64,000 nucleotides of DNA from an uncultured Pelagibacteraceae bacterium (GCA_902552705.1 CACDHZ010000001.1:33594-97593), one strand, 5' to 3'; shown: positions 1 to 10,625, numbered from the stretch's first letter. A program made the numbers and translations. The notes: generated by a model from the sequence alone, not told the origin.

Positions 1-648
1 ATAGTGTCTGCAGACAGAGCTCCAAACAAATTATCTAGAATTCAAGATAGAATTAAATCAAGATTTGCTGGTGGTTTAGTTGTTGATATACAAAAACCTG
101 ATTTAGAACTTAGAAGTAAAATTGTTAAGAAAAAAACAGAGGAACTTAATATTTTTTATTCCAATCAAATAAATATCTCTGAAGAGATACAAAAATTTAT
201 TAGTACAGAAATAAAAACTAGTATTAGAGAGTTAGTTGGTGCTATTAATAGAGTTGTATCTTTTTCAAGAATATATAACAAAGTACCAAACTTATCTGAG
301 ATTAAAGTAGTTTTAAAAGATTTGTTAAATATAGGTGAAAATAAAGTAACTATTGATTTGATACAATCTACTGTTTGCAGATTTTTTAAAATTAGCAAAA
401 ATGAAATGCTTTCTTCAAGAAGATCCAGATATTTAGTCAGACCAAGACAGACCGCAATATATTTGACTAAGATTTTGACTTCTAAATCTTTACCAGAAAT
501 AGGCAGGGAATTTTCGAATAGAGACCATACAACAATTATACATTCGGTAAAAACTATAGAAAGATTAAAGGAGAAAGACTCTGAAATGACTAATAATATT
601 AATAAATTAAAAAATCAGATTCTATACAATAAAGAAGATGAAATTTAA
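1..648 (+). CDS. dnaA: Chromosomal replication initiator DnaA, C-terminal part (5' truncated by window edge)
   Basis: RIKSRFAGGL AAA+ region, domain IV motifs RPRQTAIYL and SLPEIGREF..RDHTTIIH; directly upstream of dnaN. Confidence 0.97.
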   Translation: MVSADRAPNKLSRIQDRIKSRFAGGLVVDIQKPDLELRSKIVKKKTEELNIFYSNQINISEEIQKFISTEIKTSIRELVGAINRVVSFSRIYNKVPNLSEIKVVLKDLLNIGENKVTIDLIQSTVCRFFKISKNEMLSSRRSRYLVRPRQTAIYLTKILTSKSLPEIGREFSNRDHTTIIHSVKTIERLKEKDSEMTNNINKLKNQILYNKEDEI

Positions 649-1750
649 TGTAAACCAACAAGATTTGCAACAAGCACTAAATTATTGTCAGGGTGTAATT
701 GAAAAAAGAAATACACTTCAAATTTTATCTAATGTTTTATTAAATGTTAATAATTCAAATCTTACTATCACAGCAACAGACTTAGACTTAATATTTATTC
801 ATCAAATCAATAATATAGAAGTTGTTGAGGAAGGAAATACTACTACAACATCATCAGTTATGTATGATATTATTAGAAAATTTTCTTCTGGAAAAAAAAT
901 TAATTTAAGTCTAACTAGTGCCAGTAAACTCCAAGTGGAATCTGAAAAGTCTATTTTTAATCTTAATTGTATTGCTGCTTCGGAATTTCCTGTGACTGAT
1001 GAAAATTTTAATCAAAATGAATTTTCAATAAAATCAAAACAATTATTAAAATTATTAAATAAATGTAAATTTTCAGTATCTAATGATGAAACAAGACATT
1101 ATCTGAGTGGAATTTTTTTACATCAAACTGAAATAGAAGGTAAAAATTTCCTAACAGCTGCAGCTACAGATAGTCATAGAATGTCTATATCAAAAATTAG
1201 ATTAGATAATAAAGTAGATTTTGAACCAATTATACTTCCGAAAAAAACAATATTTCAATTATGTTCCTTGCTGGAAAATTACGATGGGAGTGTAAAAGTT
1301 TCTAATATAAAATCTAAAATCAAATTTGAATTAAATAATAGTATTTTAATATCTAAATTAATTGACGGCAAATTTCCTAATTATATTCAAGTTATACCTA
1401 AAAATAATCAAAAAAGATTAGAAATTGATCTTAAACTGTTTCAAGATTCTGTTGATAGAGTTGCTTCTGTTTCATTAGATAAAAAAGATGGTGTTAAGTT
1501 TAATTTGTCAAAAGATGTATTAAATCTATCCGTTAATAATACTAATAGTGGTGATGGTAAAGAGAGCCTTAATGTAAAGTTTGATCATGATTTAGAGATC
1601 AGTTTTAACTCTAGATATTTAATAGATGTTGCCTCTCAACTTGATGGAGATAAAATTGAGATCTTTTTTAACGATACAGGATCTCCTGCATTAATTAAAG
1701 ATCCTGGAGATTTTGATAGTATTTTTGTTGTAATGCCTATGAAAGGTTAA
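638..1750 (+). CDS. dnaN: DNA polymerase III beta sliding clamp
   Basis: 370 aa; ATDLD, ATDSHR, LIDGKFPNY and C-terminal VVMPM motifs; follows dnaA. Confidence 0.98.
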   Translation: MKFNVNQQDLQQALNYCQGVIEKRNTLQILSNVLLNVNNSNLTITATDLDLIFIHQINNIEVVEEGNTTTTSSVMYDIIRKFSSGKKINLSLTSASKLQVESEKSIFNLNCIAASEFPVTDENFNQNEFSIKSKQLLKLLNKCKFSVSNDETRHYLSGIFLHQTEIEGKNFLTAAATDSHRMSISKIRLDNKVDFEPIILPKKTIFQLCSLLENYDGSVKVSNIKSKIKFELNNSILISKLIDGKFPNYIQVIPKNNQKRLEIDLKLFQDSVDRVASVSLDKKDGVKFNLSKDVLNLSVNNTNSGDGKESLNVKFDHDLEISFNSRYLIDVASQLDGDKIEIFFNDTGSPALIKDPGDFDSIFVVMPMKG

Positions 1751-2448
1751 TTCAAAATATTTAATTCTGAATAAATAGTATTTTCTAACTTTTTTAAAAA
1801 AATCTCGTTTTCTAACCCTGGTTCAATAGGTTTTAAAATTGAGATTGTTATAGTTGTATTGGTTTTTTTTGGTCCATTTTTTGGCCAAGTATTTCCTGAA
1901 TTGATAGCAACTGGTTGACATGAAATACTTAATTTTTCATAAATCCTACTTGAACCTTTTTTAAAAGGCACTCTATCCTCAGGTAGCAATCTAGTTCCTT
2001 GAGGAAAAATTATTATAGGTCTATCTGAAGAATTTATATGTTTTATGATATCATCAAAAAAGCCGAGATTTTCTTTTGATATTTTATTTCTTTCAATTGA
2101 AATACAACCAATCTTTTTTAGATACCAACCAAACAAAGGTATTAATAATAATTCTTTTTTCAGAATAAAAACTGGAGAGTTAAAAATAGTTTGTAAAAAA
2201 AAAGTTTCAAACATTGACTGATGGGAAGCTGCTATAAAAAATTTTCTGTCTTTTATTATATTTTCTTTACCTTTTATAATTATTTTAGTTGATAAAAAAA
2301 ATTTTAAGCAAAATGAAGCCCAGTAACCCATAATTTTTCCACCAAATAACACAACTTTTTTCGGTAAAATAATTGCTGGAATAAATATCAATGAAATCAA
2401 AATGATACCGGTAAAAAAGAACAGAGAAAATAAAAAGTTTCTTATCAT
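1747..2448 (-). CDS. plsC: 1-acyl-sn-glycerol-3-phosphate acyltransferase
   Basis: HQSMFET (HX4D/E-type) and FPQGTR acyltransferase motifs; N-terminal hydrophobic helix. Confidence 0.85.
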   Translation of the reverse strand: MIRNFLFSLFFFTGIILISLIFIPAIILPKKVVLFGGKIMGYWASFCLKFFLSTKIIIKGKENIIKDRKFFIAASHQSMFETFFLQTIFNSPVFILKKELLLIPLFGWYLKKIGCISIERNKISKENLGFFDDIIKHINSSDRPIIIFPQGTRLLPEDRVPFKKGSSRIYEKLSISCQPVAINSGNTWPKNGPKKTNTTITISILKPIEPGLENEIFLKKLENTIYSELNILN

Positions 2449-2459
2449 TTTATCAAAAA

Positions 2460-3674
2460 CTAAATTAGGTCAGTTAGTTTTTGTCTTTTTTTTATAATAT
2501 TAATCTCAGATCCTTTTATCAATATTTCTGCTGGTTTAGGTCTCATATTATAATTTGAGCTTAAAGATATCCCGTAAGCTCCTACATCACAAATTGCCAC
2601 AAGGTCTTTTTCTCTAAGTTTTTGGAATTTTTTTAAAGTTGCAAATTTATCTGTACTTTCACAAATAGGTCCTACAAATTCATAAACTTTTTTTGATATA
2701 TTATTTGTTTTTATTACAGGTAAGACTCTATGATTAGCGCCGTATAATGCTGGTCTCATAAAATCATTCATTGCAGCATCTAATATAATAAAATCTTTCT
2801 TGTTATTTTTTTTGATATAAATAACTTTCGAAATAAGATAACCGATATTTCCTACTATTGATCTTCCAGGTTCAAATATAATTTTAGATTTATGACTTTT
2901 TTTAAATCTTTTAATAGCATTGTTATATTTTGAGTAATTTAATTTTTTATTATTTTTTGTGTAAGATATTCCCATTCCACCACCAAGATCAATAAATTCA
3001 AAATTATAGTTACTTTTTTTTATAGCTCTATCTAGCACTTTAAGCATTTTTTCATATGGCCTGTGATCTAAAATTTGACTTCCAAGATGTACACTTAGGC
3101 ACTTAAGATTAATATTTTTTGAAAAAGATATATAATTGACTAAATCAAGAAAAGTTTTTTCATCAACTCCAAACTTATCTTCTTTTTTTCCTGTTGTAAT
3201 TTGTTTTAGCGTTTTGGCATCTATATTAGGATTTAATCTTATACCAATATTTATAATTTTTTTTTTGGATTTTGCGATTTTTTCAATTTCAATAATTTCG
3301 CTTTTTGATTCAGCATTTATTAACAAAATTTTTTTATTAATTGCAAATTTGAGTTCATTAGATGTTTTACCAATTCCTGAGAAAACAATTTTTTTTGGAT
3401 TTATCCCTGCTTTAAGCGCTAACATTAATTCTCCCATTGAAACAACATCAGCACCCAATCCAAGCTTTTTAATTTCTTTGATAAGATTTAAATTATTATT
3501 AGATTTAATAGAAAAACATATTAAAGGTGCGAATGATTTGAAACTTTTTTTAAAATTATCTATATTTTCCTTAAGTTGTTTGTAAGAATAACAATACAAA
3601 GGTGTACTTAATTTTTTTACAATATTTTGTACTTTAACCCTTTCTATTTGGAGATTTTTATTAAAATAGTTCAT
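2460..3674 (-). CDS. lysA: Diaminopimelate decarboxylase
   Basis: FSIKSN PLP lysine, HLGSQ, DLGGG, EPGR, GPICESTD motifs. Confidence 0.96.
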   Translation of the reverse strand: MNYFNKNLQIERVKVQNIVKKLSTPLYCYSYKQLKENIDNFKKSFKSFAPLICFSIKSNNNLNLIKEIKKLGLGADVVSMGELMLALKAGINPKKIVFSGIGKTSNELKFAINKKILLINAESKSEIIEIEKIAKSKKKIINIGIRLNPNIDAKTLKQITTGKKEDKFGVDEKTFLDLVNYISFSKNINLKCLSVHLGSQILDHRPYEKMLKVLDRAIKKSNYNFEFIDLGGGMGISYTKNNKKLNYSKYNNAIKRFKKSHKSKIIFEPGRSIVGNIGYLISKVIYIKKNNKKDFIILDAAMNDFMRPALYGANHRVLPVIKTNNISKKVYEFVGPICESTDKFATLKKFQKLREKDLVAICDVGAYGISLSSNYNMRPKPAEILIKGSEINIIKKRQKLTDLI

Positions 3675-3790
3675 TAAATTTTAAATGTAAGGTTATTATT
3701 TTTTCCCGATTTATACTCAGGGTCACCTTTTTTTCCACATGAAAACACCATCACGCATATTATTGAGATTAAAATTAATTTTTTTATCAT
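3674..3790 (-). CDS. Small lipoprotein, YifL/LptM-like (38 aa, not in ORF track)
   Basis: Manual translation MIKKLILISIICVMVFSCGKKGDPEYKSGKNNNLTFKI*; signal peptide with lipobox VFS-C followed by GKKGDP; fills the argH-lysA gap, TAATG overlap with lysA start. Confidence 0.85.
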   Translation of the reverse strand: MIKKLILISIICVMVFSCGKKGDPEYKSGKNNNLTFKI

Positions 3791-3791
3791 T

Positions 3792-5180
3792 TTATATTTT
3801 TTTATATTTCAATATCATTTTTTTAATATTATCAAAAGATGTTCCGCCATAAGATTTTTTTGAATTTACTGAGTTTTTCAAATTAAATATCTTTAATACT
3901 TCTATTGTAAGCTTAGGTTCAATTTTTTTAAGTTCCTCAATACTAAGTTCATTTAATTTTTTATTATTTTTTTCAGCATAATTAACAACAGATGAAGTGA
4001 TGTTATAGGCTTTCCTAAATGACATTGAATGATTTTTAACGATATGATCAGCTAAATCAGTAGCTGTGATATATCCAGTGTTTGCAAGCTCTAACATTTT
4101 CTTTTTATTTGGCTTTAAGTTTTTAAAAATTTCATCGAGTATTTGAATACTATTATTAAGAATTTCGTTTGATTTAAATAATATTTCTTTATCGTCTTGA
4201 AGATCTTTAAAATAAGATATTGGAAGTCCTTTAAGTATCGTTAACATTGAAAAAAAATTACCATAAACTGAACCGGTCTTTCCTCGTAAGTATTCTAATA
4301 AATCAGGATTTTTCTTTTGAGGCATAATTGAGGAACCAGTGACAATTTTATCTGAAAGATTAATTAAATTATAACTATCTGAATTCCATATAATCAACTC
4401 TTCAGCAATTCTTGAAATATGCATAGAGCAGGTAGAGACACTATATAAAAAATCAAGAACAAAATCCCTGTCTGCAACTGTATCAATAGAATTATTTGTT
4501 GGTTTTTTAAATCCTAATTTCTTCGAAGTATAATCTCTATCGATATTAAAAGATGTTCCTGTTAACGCAGCCACTCCAAGAGGACATTCAGATAAATTTT
4601 CTAGATTATAAGAAAATCTTTTTTTATCTCTTATAAACATTTCTACGTAGGCCATCAGATAGTGCGCGAAAGATACCGCTTGAGCATTTCTTAAATGCGT
4701 AAATCCAGGCATTATTGTTTCAATATTTTTTTCAGAAATTTTTATTATTGTTTTGATAATATTATTCAAATTTTTATTAATTTCCTTATTCGCAGAGGTG
4801 ATCCACATTTTAAAATCAGTGATTACCTGATCATTTCTTGATCTAGCAGTATGAATATAACCAGCTTCTTCACCAATAATTTGAAATAATCTTTTCTCAA
4901 TATTCATATGAATATCCTCATATTCATCTTTATATTCAAATTTATTTTTTAAAATTTCTTTTTCAATTTTTTTTAATCCATAAATTATTTTATTTTTAAT
5001 TTTGAAAGAAATAATTTTTTGTTTAAACAGCATCTCAACATGTATAATTGACCCTAAAATATCCTCTTTAAAAAGTTTTTTATCAGTATTTATTGAACTA
5101 CCAATTTTTTGAAATAATGTAGACGAACTCTTTTTAATTCTTGCACCCCAAATAGTTCTATTGTTTTTATTTTTTACCAT
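3792..5180 (-). CDS. argH: Argininosuccinate lyase
   Basis: HTARSRNDQ, GSSIMPQKKNPD fumarase/ASL signature, DLQDDKE. Confidence 0.97.
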   Translation of the reverse strand: MVKNKNNRTIWGARIKKSSSTLFQKIGSSINTDKKLFKEDILGSIIHVEMLFKQKIISFKIKNKIIYGLKKIEKEILKNKFEYKDEYEDIHMNIEKRLFQIIGEEAGYIHTARSRNDQVITDFKMWITSANKEINKNLNNIIKTIIKISEKNIETIMPGFTHLRNAQAVSFAHYLMAYVEMFIRDKKRFSYNLENLSECPLGVAALTGTSFNIDRDYTSKKLGFKKPTNNSIDTVADRDFVLDFLYSVSTCSMHISRIAEELIIWNSDSYNLINLSDKIVTGSSIMPQKKNPDLLEYLRGKTGSVYGNFFSMLTILKGLPISYFKDLQDDKEILFKSNEILNNSIQILDEIFKNLKPNKKKMLELANTGYITATDLADHIVKNHSMSFRKAYNITSSVVNYAEKNNKKLNELSIEELKKIEPKLTIEVLKIFNLKNSVNSKKSYGGTSFDNIKKMILKYKKI

Positions 5181-5195
5181 GATAATTAATTATAC

Positions 5196-5720
5196 ATGTT
5201 TAGTATGAAATTATTAATAATAATTGTTTATTTTATAACCACTAGCTTTAGTTATGCTTTAGAAAAACCTGATATTAAAAATTTAATTTTAATAGAAGAA
5301 TTGAAAAACTATAAAGAAGTAATTTTTAAAGATGAAAATCAAAAAAAGCTTAATTTAGATGATTATAAAGGAAATCTTATAATTCTCAATTTTTGGGCAA
5401 CTTGGTGTGCACCTTGTAGAGAGGAAATACCTTCACTAGACGTTCTGCAATCTGATAGTAGGCTCAATAATTTAAAAATATTTCCAATAAATATAGGCCA
5501 GGAAGATCTAATAAAATCTAAGAGTTTTTTTAAAAAATTGAATATTAAAAATTTGAATATTTACTTTGACCCATCAATTTCTTTAGCAAAAAAATTTAAA
5601 TTAAGAGGAGTCCCCACTTCAATAATATTCAATAAGAAAGGCGAGGAATTTGCTAGAGTTGTAGGGTTAATTGATTTTAATGATGAACGATTTATTAAAT
5701 GGCTTCAAAATTTTAATTAA
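5196..5720 (+). CDS. tlpA: TlpA/ResA-family thiol:disulfide oxidoreductase
   Basis: N-terminal signal, LNFWATWCAPC, RGVPT; divergent from argH as is common in alphaproteobacteria. Confidence 0.85.
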   Translation: MFSMKLLIIIVYFITTSFSYALEKPDIKNLILIEELKNYKEVIFKDENQKKLNLDDYKGNLIILNFWATWCAPCREEIPSLDVLQSDSRLNNLKIFPINIGQEDLIKSKSFFKKLNIKNLNIYFDPSISLAKKFKLRGVPTSIIFNKKGEEFARVVGLIDFNDERFIKWLQNFN

Positions 5721-5743
5721 CTTTTTAAAGTATTAAACTATCA

Positions 5744-6403
5744 ATGACATTTTGTTTAACAACTACCATTACAAAACCAGAAAAAGATATAAAGGTTGAA
5801 AATGCAGTTATCTTACTCCATGGTTATGGCGGTGACGGTAAAGATATAAACATATTAACTTTAAGTTGGAAAAGATTTTTACCAAACACAATTTTTTTAT
5901 CTCCTGATGGACATGAAAAATGTGAAATCAATCCATCAGGATTTCAATGGTTTGATTTAACAAGCGGTAATTCAAAATATATCTTGGAACAATCAAAAAA
6001 AGCAGAATTAAAACTTAAAGAATTTATTGAAGAAGTAAAAAATGAATATAATTTAGATAACTCTCAGATTTGTTTAGTAGGTTTTAGCCAGGGTTGTATG
6101 ATGGCTTTAAATCTAGGTTTAATAAATAATGAGAATTTTAATTGTATAGTTGGGTTTTCAGGTAAAGTAATTGATGAAGAAGATTTAAAAAAAAGGAAGA
6201 ATTCATCTACTAAAACACTACTTATACATGGGGATAGCGACGAAGTTGTTTCACCCACTTTTCTATTAGAAGCTAAAGATTTTTTAATAAGAAATAATGT
6301 GGACGTTGAAACTAAATTAATAAAAAATTGTGGACATCAAATACCTGTCGAGGCATCTAGCTATGCACTAAATTATATTAAAAATAATTTAAATGTAAAA
6401 TAA
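5744..6403 (+). CDS. Phospholipase/carboxylesterase (alpha/beta hydrolase)
   Basis: LLHGYG, GFSQG nucleophile elbow, HGDSDEVV, GH triad motifs. Confidence 0.88.
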   Translation: MTFCLTTTITKPEKDIKVENAVILLHGYGGDGKDINILTLSWKRFLPNTIFLSPDGHEKCEINPSGFQWFDLTSGNSKYILEQSKKAELKLKEFIEEVKNEYNLDNSQICLVGFSQGCMMALNLGLINNENFNCIVGFSGKVIDEEDLKKRKNSSTKTLLIHGDSDEVVSPTFLLEAKDFLIRNNVDVETKLIKNCGHQIPVEASSYALNYIKNNLNVK

Positions 6404-6469
6404 ATTTTTTAAAAAAAAAGTAATTTATGCTTATTGCTAAAATAATTTTTTTAAGTTAAGATTTTAATT

Positions 6470-7036
6470 ATGAATTTTGCGGAACAAAATTTATCATTAG
6501 AAAAATGCCCAGCATTAGTTCTTAATGCTGATTATAGACCTCTGAGTTATTATCCATTATCATTATGGAGTTGGCAAGATTCAGTAAAATCAGTTTTTTT
6601 AGACAGAGTGAGTATTGTGAGTAATTACGATAGGATAATTAGAAGCCCATCATTTAAAATGAAATTACCTAGTGTGATTGCACTTAAACATTTTATCAAA
6701 CCTCAATCGAATCCAAGCTTTACTAGGTTTAATGTTTTTTTAAGAGATAAATTCATGTGTCAATATTGTGGGAGTGGTGATGAATTAACTTTTGATCATC
6801 TATTACCCAGATCTAAAGGCGGCCAAACTAACTGGGATAACGTTGTAACTGCTTGTTCAGCATGTAATGTTAAAAAGGGTGGTAGATTATTAAAAAATGC
6901 AGGAATGGCGCTTACTCAAGAACCTTTTCGTCCATCTACTGAAGATTTACATAAAAATGGTAAAAATTTTCCTCCAAATTTTCTTCATAAAAGTTGGATG
7001 GACTATTTATATTGGGATGTTGAGTTAGAATCTTAA
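6470..7036 (+). CDS. HNH endonuclease family protein
   Basis: LVLNADY N-terminus, RDKFMCQYCG, TFDHLLPRSKGG..WDNVVTACSACN. Confidence 0.9.
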   Translation: MNFAEQNLSLEKCPALVLNADYRPLSYYPLSLWSWQDSVKSVFLDRVSIVSNYDRIIRSPSFKMKLPSVIALKHFIKPQSNPSFTRFNVFLRDKFMCQYCGSGDELTFDHLLPRSKGGQTNWDNVVTACSACNVKKGGRLLKNAGMALTQEPFRPSTEDLHKNGKNFPPNFLHKSWMDYLYWDVELES

Positions 7037-7570
7037 TTATACTTTTTCAGATATATTTATTGCTATTTTTGAACCTGTCTTAATAATTCTATCAAAAAAA
7101 GAGTATATTCCTTTTTTAGTAGCACCTTCATTGTAAGCAATATCTCTATGATGTAATTCATCTTCTCTAAATTTGATAATTTTATCCTTCAATTTTTTTT
7201 CATCTGCTTGAAGTTGGCTAATTTGATTAGCATAATGTTCATCTATAACTTCTTCAACAGAAGCTGTGCATAACATAGCTGCTTTTTTTCCTAAAATTGT
7301 AGAACCAAAACCTAAACTCACTCCTAATAAATCCCATAGTGGTAAAAATTTAGTGGGTTTAATATTTCTTTTTTTAATTTCTTTTTCAAAATAATCACAG
7401 TGTTCTTTTTCATGAATCTTCATTTCTTCAACTTTTTTTTTTAAATTATCATCTTTAATAACTGTATTGAGAGCTAGTAATTGTCCCTCATAAATTTTGA
7501 TAGCCCCTCTTTCTCCAGCGTGGTCAACTCTGATAAATTCTTCTATTTTTTTTTTATCTGTTTTTTTCAT
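7037..7570 (-). CDS. coq7: Demethoxyubiquinone hydroxylase (Coq7 di-iron protein)
   Basis: IRVDHAGERGA..IYEGQ, EKEH, EEVIDEHY, REDELHH di-iron motifs. Confidence 0.92.
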   Translation of the reverse strand: MKKTDKKKIEEFIRVDHAGERGAIKIYEGQLLALNTVIKDDNLKKKVEEMKIHEKEHCDYFEKEIKKRNIKPTKFLPLWDLLGVSLGFGSTILGKKAAMLCTASVEEVIDEHYANQISQLQADEKKLKDKIIKFREDELHHRDIAYNEGATKKGIYSFFDRIIKTGSKIAINISEKV

Positions 7571-8033
7571 TTTTAATTACTTTAAAAATTAATAAAAAAA
7601 TTACAAACGATAACAAAAAATTAATTGTCGCAAGTGATAATCCAAAAAACTTAAAATCTACATTTTTACAACTATTCACTTTTGAATTCAGTAATTTTAG
7701 TAATTCGTTTTTATCAATAATATTAATAGAATCTGAAGTACAACCAGAAAATTCTTTAAATATTTCTTTTTCGATACCAACATGATATCCTGATATTATT
7801 AAACTTGAAAAGAAAGTTAATAATAAAGCGTATAACCAGATTATATTTTTCGAGTAACTTACCCCTAAAAAAGTAAAAATAATTGCAATTATATATGGTA
7901 CTCTTTGATATATGCATAATTTACAAGGTTCATATCCTAAAAAAAATTCAATATATAAGGCGATAATTATCGAAGATAAGGAAATAAAGAATATGGTTAT
8001 ATAAAAATTTTTAATTTCAAAAAATTTGTTCAT
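7554..8033 (-). CDS. dsbB: Disulfide bond formation protein B
   Basis: PCKLCIYQR, four hydrophobic segments, additional Cys residues. Confidence 0.88.
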   Translation of the reverse strand: MNKFFEIKNFYITIFFISLSSIIIALYIEFFLGYEPCKLCIYQRVPYIIAIIFTFLGVSYSKNIIWLYALLLTFFSSLIISGYHVGIEKEIFKEFSGCTSDSINIIDKNELLKLLNSKVNSCKNVDFKFFGLSLATINFLLSFVIFLLIFKVIKNEKNR

Positions 8034-8037
8034 TTAT

Positions 8038-8643
8038 TTATGCCAGAAAGTTATTTAAAAAAATATAAACTAAATATGCAAAAAATATTATAACTATTGA
8101 AAAAATTATCGATATTTTGAGTAATTTTTTTTCAATCAATAATTTCATTGTTTTCCCAAAATTTCCTATTAAAAATGAAATTAAAAAAAATCTTGATCCT
8201 CTTGTTAATAAAGAAACAATAATAAAGTAAATTAAATTAAAGTGTACAAACCCACTGGTGATCGTTAGTAGTTTAAAAGGTACAGGAGAAAAACCTGCTA
8301 TCGCTAATAAAGTTATCCACGCAATTACTCCGCCTTCAGAAGAAACTTTATTTTTCCAAAATGAGGGATCTACACCATAAAATTCAAAAATTTTAACACC
8401 TATTTCGTTAAAAAAAACGTAACCAATAAAATAACCAAAGCACGCACCTAAAACCGAACATAATGTAGCAATTAGAGCAATCTTAAACCACTCATTTTTT
8501 TTGGCTATTGTCATTGGAATTATTATTACATCAGGTGGTATTGGAAATATGAAACTTTCAATAAATGAAAAAAAACCTAGAAAAGATTTTGAGTTTTTAT
8601 GACCTGCTAATTTAATAGATTTTAAATAAAGTTCTTTAAACAT
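8038..8643 (-). CDS. YqaA/DedA-family membrane protein
   Basis: FIESFIFPIPPD, GFSPVPFK, RGSRFF motifs. Confidence 0.87.
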   Translation of the reverse strand: MFKELYLKSIKLAGHKNSKSFLGFFSFIESFIFPIPPDVIIIPMTIAKKNEWFKIALIATLCSVLGACFGYFIGYVFFNEIGVKIFEFYGVDPSFWKNKVSSEGGVIAWITLLAIAGFSPVPFKLLTITSGFVHFNLIYFIIVSLLTRGSRFFLISFLIGNFGKTMKLLIEKKLLKISIIFSIVIIFFAYLVYIFLNNFLA

Positions 8644-8711
8644 ATTTTCTTTTATTACAATAATTCTTCTTATACTATTATTTTATAAAGAAAATAATGA
8701 CAATTAAATTA

Positions 8712-8796
8712 GGGCGAATGGCGGAACTGGTAGACGCGCACGACTCAAAATCGTGTTTTGCAAGAAGTGAGAGTTCGATTCTCTCTTCGCCCACCA
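8712..8796 (+). tRNA. tRNA-Leu (CAA)
   Basis: Acceptor GGGCGAA/TTCGCCC-A-CCA, anticodon arm CACGA-CT-CAA-AA-TCGTG, long variable arm, GTTCGA T-loop. Confidence 0.96.
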
Positions 8797-8802
8797 AAAA
8801 TT

Positions 8803-10506
8803 ATGCAAGTAAATAAAATTACTAATTTATTAGAACTGTTTTACGAACAATATAAGAGACAAAATAAAAAAAATTTTTTCTTAGAGTCTTTAAAGGAACC
8901 AAAAAAAAAATATTCTTGGGAAGAAGTTTATATAAATATAATTAAATTTTCTGAAGAAATATCAAAATACATAAAAAAAGGTGATAGATGCTTGCTGATT
9001 TCTGAAAATAGACCTGAGTGGATGATATCAGATCTTTCAATTATGCTTTCAAAAGGTATAACAGTTCCAGCTTACACGACATATACTGAGAGAGATTATG
9101 AGTATATTATCAACGATTGTACTCCAACAATAATCATCGTTTCGGATGAAGTTCAATATAGTAAAATAAAAAATATAATTCCTAAAAAAGATTTTATAAA
9201 AAAGGTTATTATTTTTGATGATATTTCTGAAAAAGAAAATCCATTAATTTTAAAAATAGATAATATTTTTGAAAAAAAGAATTATTCAGAAAAAATATTT
9301 TCTGAATTAGATATTACAAGAAAAGATGTTGCCTGTATTATCTACACATCAGGTACTCAAGGAAATCCAAAAGGAGTAATGTTAAGTCATGGTGGAATAC
9401 TTAATAACTGTGAGGGTGCTCATGGTTTATTAAAAACTTTTATTTCTGAAAGACCTAAATTCTTAACATGGCTTCCTCTCTCACATTCATATGAGCATAC
9501 AGTTCAATTTGTACAAATAATTGTAGCTGCTAGAGTGTATTATGCTGAGAGTATTGAAAAATTGATTAAAAATATGAATGATTGTTCTCCTGAAATTATG
9601 ACAGCTGTACCAAGATTTTATCAAAATTTGCATCAAAAAATTAATACAGCTTTTAACAAGGCGAAAGGATTAAGAAAAATTCTGATAAATCAAACAATAA
9701 TTTTGGGAAAAAAAAAGTTAGAAAAAATCAAACTTAATTTAATCGAAAAAATAATCAATTTTTTTTGTGATATATTAGTAAGAAAAAAAATTAAGCAACA
9801 ATTTGGTGGATCTTTAAAAGCATTTGTTTCGGGAGGAGGTGCTTTAGATAAAGAAGTTGGATCTTTTTTAAATGCAATTGGATTACCTACACTTCAGGGG
9901 TATGGTTTAACTGAAACTTCGCCTGTGGTGAGTTGTAACTTTATAGAAAATATTCGAGTTGAAACTGTAGGAATACCCTTTAAAGGTAACAGTGTAAAAA
10001 TTGCAGATGATGGTGAAATATTAGTTAAAGGTGAAAATGTTATGTTAGGCTATTGGAAAAACGAAGAAGAAACTAATAAAGTTTTAAAAGATGGCTGGCT
10101 ATATACTGGTGATATAGGAGAGTTTGATGGAGATTATCTTAAGATAACTGATAGAAAAAAAGATATTATTATTACACCAGGAGGAGATAATATTTCTCCA
10201 GTAAAAATAGAAAATGATTTGAATAAATTAAATTTTATTGAACAAAGTTTAATTTTTGGCGATAATAAACAGTATTTAGTTTGTTTAATAGTTTTAAATT
10301 CTGAATATAAAGATATTTCTAAAGATGAAATCCAGAAAGAAATAGAAAAAATAAATAAAAATTTATCCAAAATAGAAAAAATAAAAAAATTTATTACTAT
10401 TAAAGATCAATTTACAATTGAAAATGGTTTAATGACACCAACTTTAAAATTAAAAAGATATAAAATAATTAATAAATATAAATTAGAAATCGAAAAACTT
10501 TATTAA
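8803..10506 (+). CDS. Long-chain fatty acid--CoA ligase (AMP-binding); start moved to ATG 8803
   Basis: IIYTSGTQGNPKG, GYGLTETSP, WLYTGDIG, TPTLKLKR; the track start (8758) lies inside tRNA-Leu. Confidence 0.92.
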   Translation: MQVNKITNLLELFYEQYKRQNKKNFFLESLKEPKKKYSWEEVYINIIKFSEEISKYIKKGDRCLLISENRPEWMISDLSIMLSKGITVPAYTTYTERDYEYIINDCTPTIIIVSDEVQYSKIKNIIPKKDFIKKVIIFDDISEKENPLILKIDNIFEKKNYSEKIFSELDITRKDVACIIYTSGTQGNPKGVMLSHGGILNNCEGAHGLLKTFISERPKFLTWLPLSHSYEHTVQFVQIIVAARVYYAESIEKLIKNMNDCSPEIMTAVPRFYQNLHQKINTAFNKAKGLRKILINQTIILGKKKLEKIKLNLIEKIINFFCDILVRKKIKQQFGGSLKAFVSGGGALDKEVGSFLNAIGLPTLQGYGLTETSPVVSCNFIENIRVETVGIPFKGNSVKIADDGEILVKGENVMLGYWKNEEETNKVLKDGWLYTGDIGEFDGDYLKITDRKKDIIITPGGDNISPVKIENDLNKLNFIEQSLIFGDNKQYLVCLIVLNSEYKDISKDEIQKEIEKINKNLSKIEKIKKFITIKDQFTIENGLMTPTLKLKRYKIINKYKLEIEKLY

Positions 10507-10625
10507 TTTTTATAATAAAAATAGATTATTATTCGCATAAACTCTAACTTTTTTTGTGTATAAAAAAAAAGTCTGTTAAAATTTTTTTTTAAAAAATATT
10601 TAAAAAAAGTTCTTTAATTAAAGAT

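Noticed and set aside
1-1750. Replication origin next to dnaA/dnaN
   Set aside because: dnaA and dnaN overlap, and I saw no cluster of DnaA boxes in any intergenic region of the window
6470-7036. HNH nuclease as a mobile element or defence system
   Set aside because: It is a stand-alone HNH among housekeeping genes, with no methylase, repeats, intron or transposon ends seen
8758-8802. N-terminal extension of the acyl-CoA ligase in the ORF track
   Set aside because: It overlaps tRNA-Leu; ATG 8803 is the plausible start
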